This document shows positions 57,800 to 64,000 of a stretch of 64,000 bases of DNA, in pieces (positions within the stretch are counted from its first letter, which is position 1; each line of letters opens with the position of its first letter). A model generated the notes under the pieces. The model ran no database searches. It saw only the letters and a program-made list of their open reading frames with translations, and was not told where the DNA came from. The DNA is taken from the NCBI RefSeq assembly GCF_009914755.1, contig NC_060925.1; one strand, 5' to 3'. This DNA comes from the human T2T-CHM13v2.0 reference genome, Homo sapiens. The position numbers and the translations under genes were made by a program.

Positions 57800-60700
57800 C
57801 AAATGGAATGAAATGGAATCATCGCATAGAATCGAATGGAATTATCATCGAATGGAATCGAAAGGAATCAACATCAAACGGAAAAAAACGGAATTATCGA
57901 ATGGAATCGAAGAGAATCGTCGAACGGACCCGAATGGAATCATCTAATGGAATGGAATGGAATAATCCATGGACTCGAATGCAATCATCATCGAATGGAA
58001 TCGAATGGAATCATCGAATGGACTCGAATGGAATAATCATTGAACGGAATCGAATGGAATCATCATCAGATGGAAACGAATGGAATCATCATCGAATGGA
58101 AATGAAAGGAGTCATCATCTAATGGAATTGCATGGAATCATCATAAAATGGAATCGAATGGAATCAACATCAAATGGAATCAAATGGAATCATTGAACGG
58201 AATTGAATGGAATCGTCATCGAATGAATTGACTGCAATCATCGAATGGTCTCGAATGGAATCATCTTCAAATGGAATGGAATGGAATCATCGCATAGAAT
58301 CGAATGGAATTATCATCGAATGGAATCGAATGGAATCAACATCAAACGGAAAAAAACGGAATTATCGCATGGAATCGAAGAGAATCATCGAATGGACCCG
58401 AATGGAATCATCTAATGGAATGGAATGGAATAATCCATGGACTCGAATGCAATCATCATCGCATGGAATCGAATGGAATCATCGAATGGACTCGAATGGA
58501 ATAATCATTGAACGGAATCGAATGGAATCATCATCGGATGGAAATGAATGGAATCATCATCGAATGGAATCGAATAGAATTATGGAATGAAATCCAGTGT
58601 GATCATCATCGAATGGACCCGAATGGAATCATCATCCAACGGAAGCTAATGGAATCAACATCGAATGAATCGAATGGAAACACCATCGAATTGAAACGAA
58701 TGGAATTATCATGAAATTGAAATGGATGGACTCATCATCGAATGGATTTGAATGGAATCATCGAATAAAATTGATTGAAATCATCATCCAATGGAATCGA
58801 ATGGTATCATTGAATGGAATCGAATGGAATCATCATCAGATGGAAATGAATGGAATCGTCATAGAATGGAATCGAATGGATTCATTGAATGGAATCAGAT
58901 GGAATCATCAAATGGACTGGAATGGAATCATTGAATGGACTCGAAAGGGATCATTATTGAATGGAATTGAATGGAATCATCGAATGGTCTCGATTGGAAT
59001 CATTATCAAATGGAATCGAATGGAATCACCGAATAGAATGGAATGGAACAATCATCGAATGGACTCAAATGGAATTATCCTCCAATGGAATCGAATGGAA
59101 TTATCGAATGCAATCGAATGGAATTATCGAATGCAATCGAATAGAATCATCGGATGGACTCGAATGGAATCATCGCATGGAATGGAATGGAACAGTCAAT
59201 GAACTCGAATGGAATCATCATTGAATGGAATCGAATGGAATCATCGAGTGGAATCGAATGGAATTATGATCAAATGGAATCGAATGTAATCATCATCAAA
59301 TGGAATCAAAAATAACCATCATCAATTGGTATTGAATGGAATTGTCATCAAATGGAATTCAAAGGAATCATCATCAAATGGAACCGAATGGAATCCTCAT
59401 TGAATGGAAATGAAAGGGGTCATCATCTAATGGAATCGCATGGAATCATCATCAAATGGAATCGAATGGAATCATCATCAAATGGAATCTAATGGAATCA
59501 TTGAACAGAATTGAATGGAATCGTCATCGAATGAATTGAATGCAATCATCGAATGGTCTCGAATGGAATCATCTTCTAATGGAAAGGAATGGAATCATCG
59601 CATAGAATCGAATGGAATTATCATCGAATGGAATCGAATGGTATCAACACCAAACGGAAAAAAACGGAATTATCGAATGGAATCGAAGAGAATCTTCGAA
59701 CGGACCCGAATGGAATCATCTAATGGAATGGAACGGAATAATCCATGGACTCGAATGCAATCATCATCGAATGGAATCGAATGGAATCATCGAATGGACT
59801 CGAATGGAATAATCATTGAACGGAATCGAATGGAATCATCATCGGATGGAAACGAATGGAATCATCATCGAATGGAAATGAAAGGAGTCATCATCTAATG
59901 GAATTGCATGGAATCATCATAAAATGGAATCGAATGGAATCAACATCAAATGGAATCAAATGGAATAATTGAACGGAATTGAATGGAATCGTCATCGAAT
60001 GAATTGAATGCAATCATCGAATGATCTAGAATGGAATCATCTTCAAATGGAATGGAATGGAATCATCGCATAGAATCGAATGGAAGTATCATCGAATGGA
60101 ATCGAATGGAATCAACATCAAACGGAAAAAAACGGAATTATCGAATGGAATCGAAGAGAATCATCGAATGGACCCGAATGGAATCATCTAATGGAATGGA
60201 ATGGAATAATCCATGGACTCGAATGCAATCATCATCGAATGGAATCGAATGGAATCATCGAATGGACTCGAATGGAATAATCATTGAACGGAATCGAATG
60301 GAATCATCATCGGATGGAAATGAATGGAATCATCATCGAATGGAATCGAATAGAATTATGGAATGAAATCCAGTGTGATCATCATCGAATGGACCCGAAT
60401 GGAATCATCATCCAACGGAAGCTAATGGAATCAACATCGAATGAATCGAATGGAAACACCATCGAATTGAAACGAATGGAATTATCATGAAATTGAAATG
60501 GATGGACTCATCATCGAATGGATTCGAATGGAATCATCGAATAAAATTGATTGAAATCATCATCGAATGGAATCGAATGGTATCATTGAATGGAATCGAA
60601 TGGAATCATCATCAGATGGAAATGAATGGAATCGTCATAGAATGGAATCGAATGGATTCATTGAATGGAATCAGATGGAATCATCGAATGGACTGGAATG

Positions 60701-63700
60701 GAATCATTGAATGGACTCGAAAGGGATCATTATTGAATGGAATTGAATGGAATCATAGAATGGTCTCGATTGGAATCATTATCAAATGGAATCGAATGGA
60801 ATCACCGAATAGAATCGAATGCAACAATCATCGAATGGACTCAAATGGAATTATCCTCAAATGGAATCGAATGGAATTATCGAATGCAATCGAATGGAAT
60901 TATCGAATGCAATCGAATAGAATCATCGAATGGACTCGAATGGAATCTTCGAATGGAATGGAATGGAACAGTCAATGAACTCGAATGGAATCATCATTGA
61001 ATGGAATCGAATGGAATCATCGAGTGGAATCGAATGAAATTATGATCAAATGGAATCGAATGTAATCATCATCAAATGGAATCAAAAATAACCATCATCA
61101 ATTGGTATTGAATGGAATTGTCATCAAATGGAATTCAAACGAATCATCATCAAATGGAACCGAATGGAATCCTCATTGAATGGAAATGAAAGGGGTCATC
61201 ATCTAATGGAATCGCATGGAATCATCATCAAATGGAATCGAATGGAATCATCATCAAATGGAATCTAATGGAATCATTGAAAAGAATTGAATGGAATCAT
61301 CATCGAATGAATTGAATGCAATCATCGAATGGTCTCGAATGGAATCATCTTCTAATGGAAAGGAATGGAATCATCGCATAGAATCGAATGGAATTATCAT
61401 CGAATGGAATCGAATGGTATCAACACCAAACGGAAAAAAACGGAATTATCGAATGGAATCGAAGAGAATCTTCGAACGGACCCGAATGGAATCATCTAAT
61501 GGAATGGAATGGAATAATCCATGAACTCGAATGCAATCATCATCGAATGGAATCGAATGGAATCATCGAATGGACTCGAATGGAATAATCATTGAACGGA
61601 ATCGAATGGAATCATCATCGGATGGAAACGAATGGAATCATCATCGAATGGAAATGAAAGGAGTCATCATCTAATGGAATTGCATGGAATCATCATAAAA
61701 TGGAATCGAATGGAATCAACATCAAATGGAATCAAATGGAATCATTGAACGGAATTGCATGGAATCGTCATCGAACGAATTGACTGCAATCATCCAATGG
61801 TCTCGAATGGAATCATCTTCAAATGGAATGGAATGGAATCATCGCATAGAATCGAATGGAATTATCATCGAATGGAATCGAATGGAATCAACATCAAACG
61901 GAAAAAAACGGAATTATCGAATGGAATCGAAGAGAATCATCGAATGGACCCGAATGGAATCATCTAATGGAATGGAATGGAATAATCCATGGACTCGAAT
62001 GCAATCATCATCGAATGGAATCGAATGGAATCATCGAATGGACTCGAATGGAATAATCATTGAACAGAATCGAATGGAATCATCATCGGATGGAAATGAA
62101 TGGAATCATCATCGAATGGAATCGAATAGAATTATGGAATGAAATCCAGTGTGATCATCATCGAATGGACCCGAATGGAATCATCATCCAACGGAAGCTA
62201 ATGGAATCAACATCGAATGAATCAAATGGAAACACCATCGAATTGAAACGAATGGAATTATCATGAAATTGAAATGGATGGACTCATCATCGAATGGATT
62301 CGAATGGAATCATCGAATAAAATTGATTGAAATCATCATCGAATGGAATCGAATGGTATCATTGAATGGAATCGAATGGAATCATCATCAGATGGAAATG
62401 AATGGAATCGTCATAGAATGGAATCGAATGGATTCATTGAATGGAATCAGATGGAATCATCGAATGGACTGGAATGGAATCATTGAATGGACTCAAAAGG
62501 GATCATGATTGAATGGAATTGAATGGAATCATCGAATGGTCTCGATTGGAATCATTATCAAATGGAATCGAATGGAATCACCGAATAGAATCGAATGGAA
62601 CAATCATCGAATGGACTCAAATGGAATTATCCTCAAATGGAATGGAATGGAATTATCGAATGCAATCGAATGAAATTATCGAATGCAATCGAATAGAATC
62701 ATCGAATGGACTCGAATGGAATCATCGAATGGAATGGAATGGAACAGTCAATGAACTCGAATGGAATCATCATTGAATGGATTCGAATGGAATCATCGAG
62801 TGGAATCGAATGGAATTATGATCAAATGGAATCGAATGTAATCATCATCAAATGGAATCAAAAATAACCATCATCAATTGGTATTGAATGGAATTGTCAT
62901 CAAATGGAATTCAAAGGAATCATCATCAAATGGAACCGAATGGAATCCTCATTGAATGGAAATGAAAGGGGTCATCATCTAATGGAATCGCATGGAATCA
63001 TCATCAAATGGAATCGAATGGAATCATCATCAAATGGAATCTAATGGAATCATTGAACAGAATTGAATGGAATCGTCATCGAATGAATTGAATGCAATCA
63101 TCGAATGGTCTCGAATGGAATCATCTTCTAATGGAAAGGAATGGAATCATCGCATAGAATCGAATGGAATTATCATCGAATGGAATCGAATGGTATCAAC
63201 ACCAAACGGAAAAAAACGGAATTATCGAATGGAATCGAAGAGAATCTTCGAACGGACCCGAATGGAATCATCTAATGGAATGGAATGGAATAATCCATGG
63301 ACTCGAATGCAATCATCATCGAATGGAATCGAATGGAATCATCGAATGGACTCGAATGGAATAATCATTGAACGGAATCGATTGGAATCATCATCGGATG
63401 GAAACGAATGGAATCATCATCGAATGGAAATGAAAGGAGTCATCATCTAATGGAATTGCATGGAATCATCATAAAATGGAATCGAATGGAATCAACATCA
63501 AATGGAATCAAATGGAATCATTGAACGGAATTGAATGGAATCGTCATCGAATGAATTGACTGCAATCATCCAATGGTCTCGAATGGAATCATCTTCAAAT
63601 GGAATGGAATGGAATCATCGCATAGAATCGAATGGAATTATCATCGAATGGAATCGAATGGAATCAACATCAAACGGAAAAAAACGGAATTATCGAATGG

Positions 63701-64000
63701 AATCGAAGAGAATCCTCGAATGGACCCGAATGGAATCATGTAATGGAATGGAGTGGAATAATCCATGGACTCGAATGCAATCATCATCGAATGGAATCGA
63801 ATGGAATCATCGAATGGACTCGAATGGAATAATCATTGAACGGAATCGAATGGAATCATCATCGGATGGAAATGAATGGAATCATCATCGAATGGAATCG
63901 AATAGAATTATGGAATGAAATCCAGTGTGATCATCATCGAATGGACCCGAATGGAATCATCATCCAACGGAAGCTAATGGAATCAACATCGAATGAATCA

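Larger units (their letters stand above)
1..64000 (+). repeat. Human satellite 2 (HSat2/HSATII) tandem array, GGAAT strand, with 1776-bp higher-order unit; probably the chr1q12 pericentromeric 1.77-kb (HSat2A2-type) array
   Basis: Continuous GAATGGAATCGAATGGAATCATC(ATC) derivatives with abundant TCGA. This is HSat2-like rather than the purer (GGAAT)n of HSat3. A once-per-unit landmark (ATGAAATTGAAATGGATGG) occurs at 1093, 2869, 4177, 5943, 7866, 9641, 10949, 12725, 14648, 16571, 18494, 19802, 21578, 23354, 24662, 25899, 27665, 29588, 31363, 33139, 34914, 36690, 38613, 39921, 41697, 42982, 44758, 46681, 48899, 50600, 52352, 55531, 58711, 60487 and 62263. Ten of the 34 spacings are exactly 1776. 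Chromosome assignment is inferred from the known 1.77-kb period. Confidence 0.96.

Noticed and set aside
121-63918. Hundreds of short + strand ORFs (MESSSNELNAIIEW..., MKLKWMDSSS...) recurring in each unit
   Set aside because: They are low-complexity translations of GGAAT-derived repeats overlapping in all three frames, with stops and frameshifts varying freely between copies. No recognisable domain is present.
1-64000. CRISPR-like or other prokaryotic repeat-spacer array
   Set aside because: There are no unique spacers, leader or cas genes. All sequence is degenerate satellite.
1-64000. Inversion or transposon (Alu/L1) insertion within the array
   Set aside because: I saw no CATTC-strand segment, long poly(A) or non-satellite sequence. 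Every landmark spacing is explained by satellite-internal indels.
1-64000. HSat3/DYZ1, alpha satellite or telomeric repeat identity
   Set aside because: Pure GGAAT runs are only about three copies long, while ATCATCGAATGG motifs dominate. There is no 171-bp period, no TTAGGG array and no 3.56-kb period.
43500-64000. A third full copy of the ~20-kb super-repeat
   Set aside because: Markers of the copy start (GTCATCGTCT, GAACCATCTT, ATTCAACAG) are absent at the expected position (~43690-43840).

Overview
The whole 64 kb window is one uninterrupted, single-orientation array of human-type classical satellite 2 (HSat2/HSATII). The + strand is the GGAAT-rich strand, built from diverged 23-bp and 26-bp GAATGGAATCGAATGGAATCATC(ATC) subunits with dense TCGA/CpG. 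Its higher-order unit is 1776 bp, which fits the 1.77-kb chromosome 1q12 HSat2 array (pUC1.77/D1Z1 type); that placement is inferred from the period only. I see no genes, RNA genes, transposon insertions or inversions, and the ORFs are translation artefacts of the repeat. I found no evidence for a novel protein-coding system. The interest lies in the array's architecture, read from a once-per-unit landmark (35 copies). Units are an ~840-bp core plus 1, 2, 3 or 5 copies of a 468-bp module (1308/1776/2218/3180 bp), and one lineage of 1923 bp carries a 147-bp internal duplication. There are two recent near-identical tandem expansions (3x1923 bp, 2x3179 bp), a ~20-24 kb super-repeat whose copies differ by whole-unit indels, and several recombination junctions. 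All comparisons were made by eye from ORF offsets and diagnostic variants, not by computed alignment.
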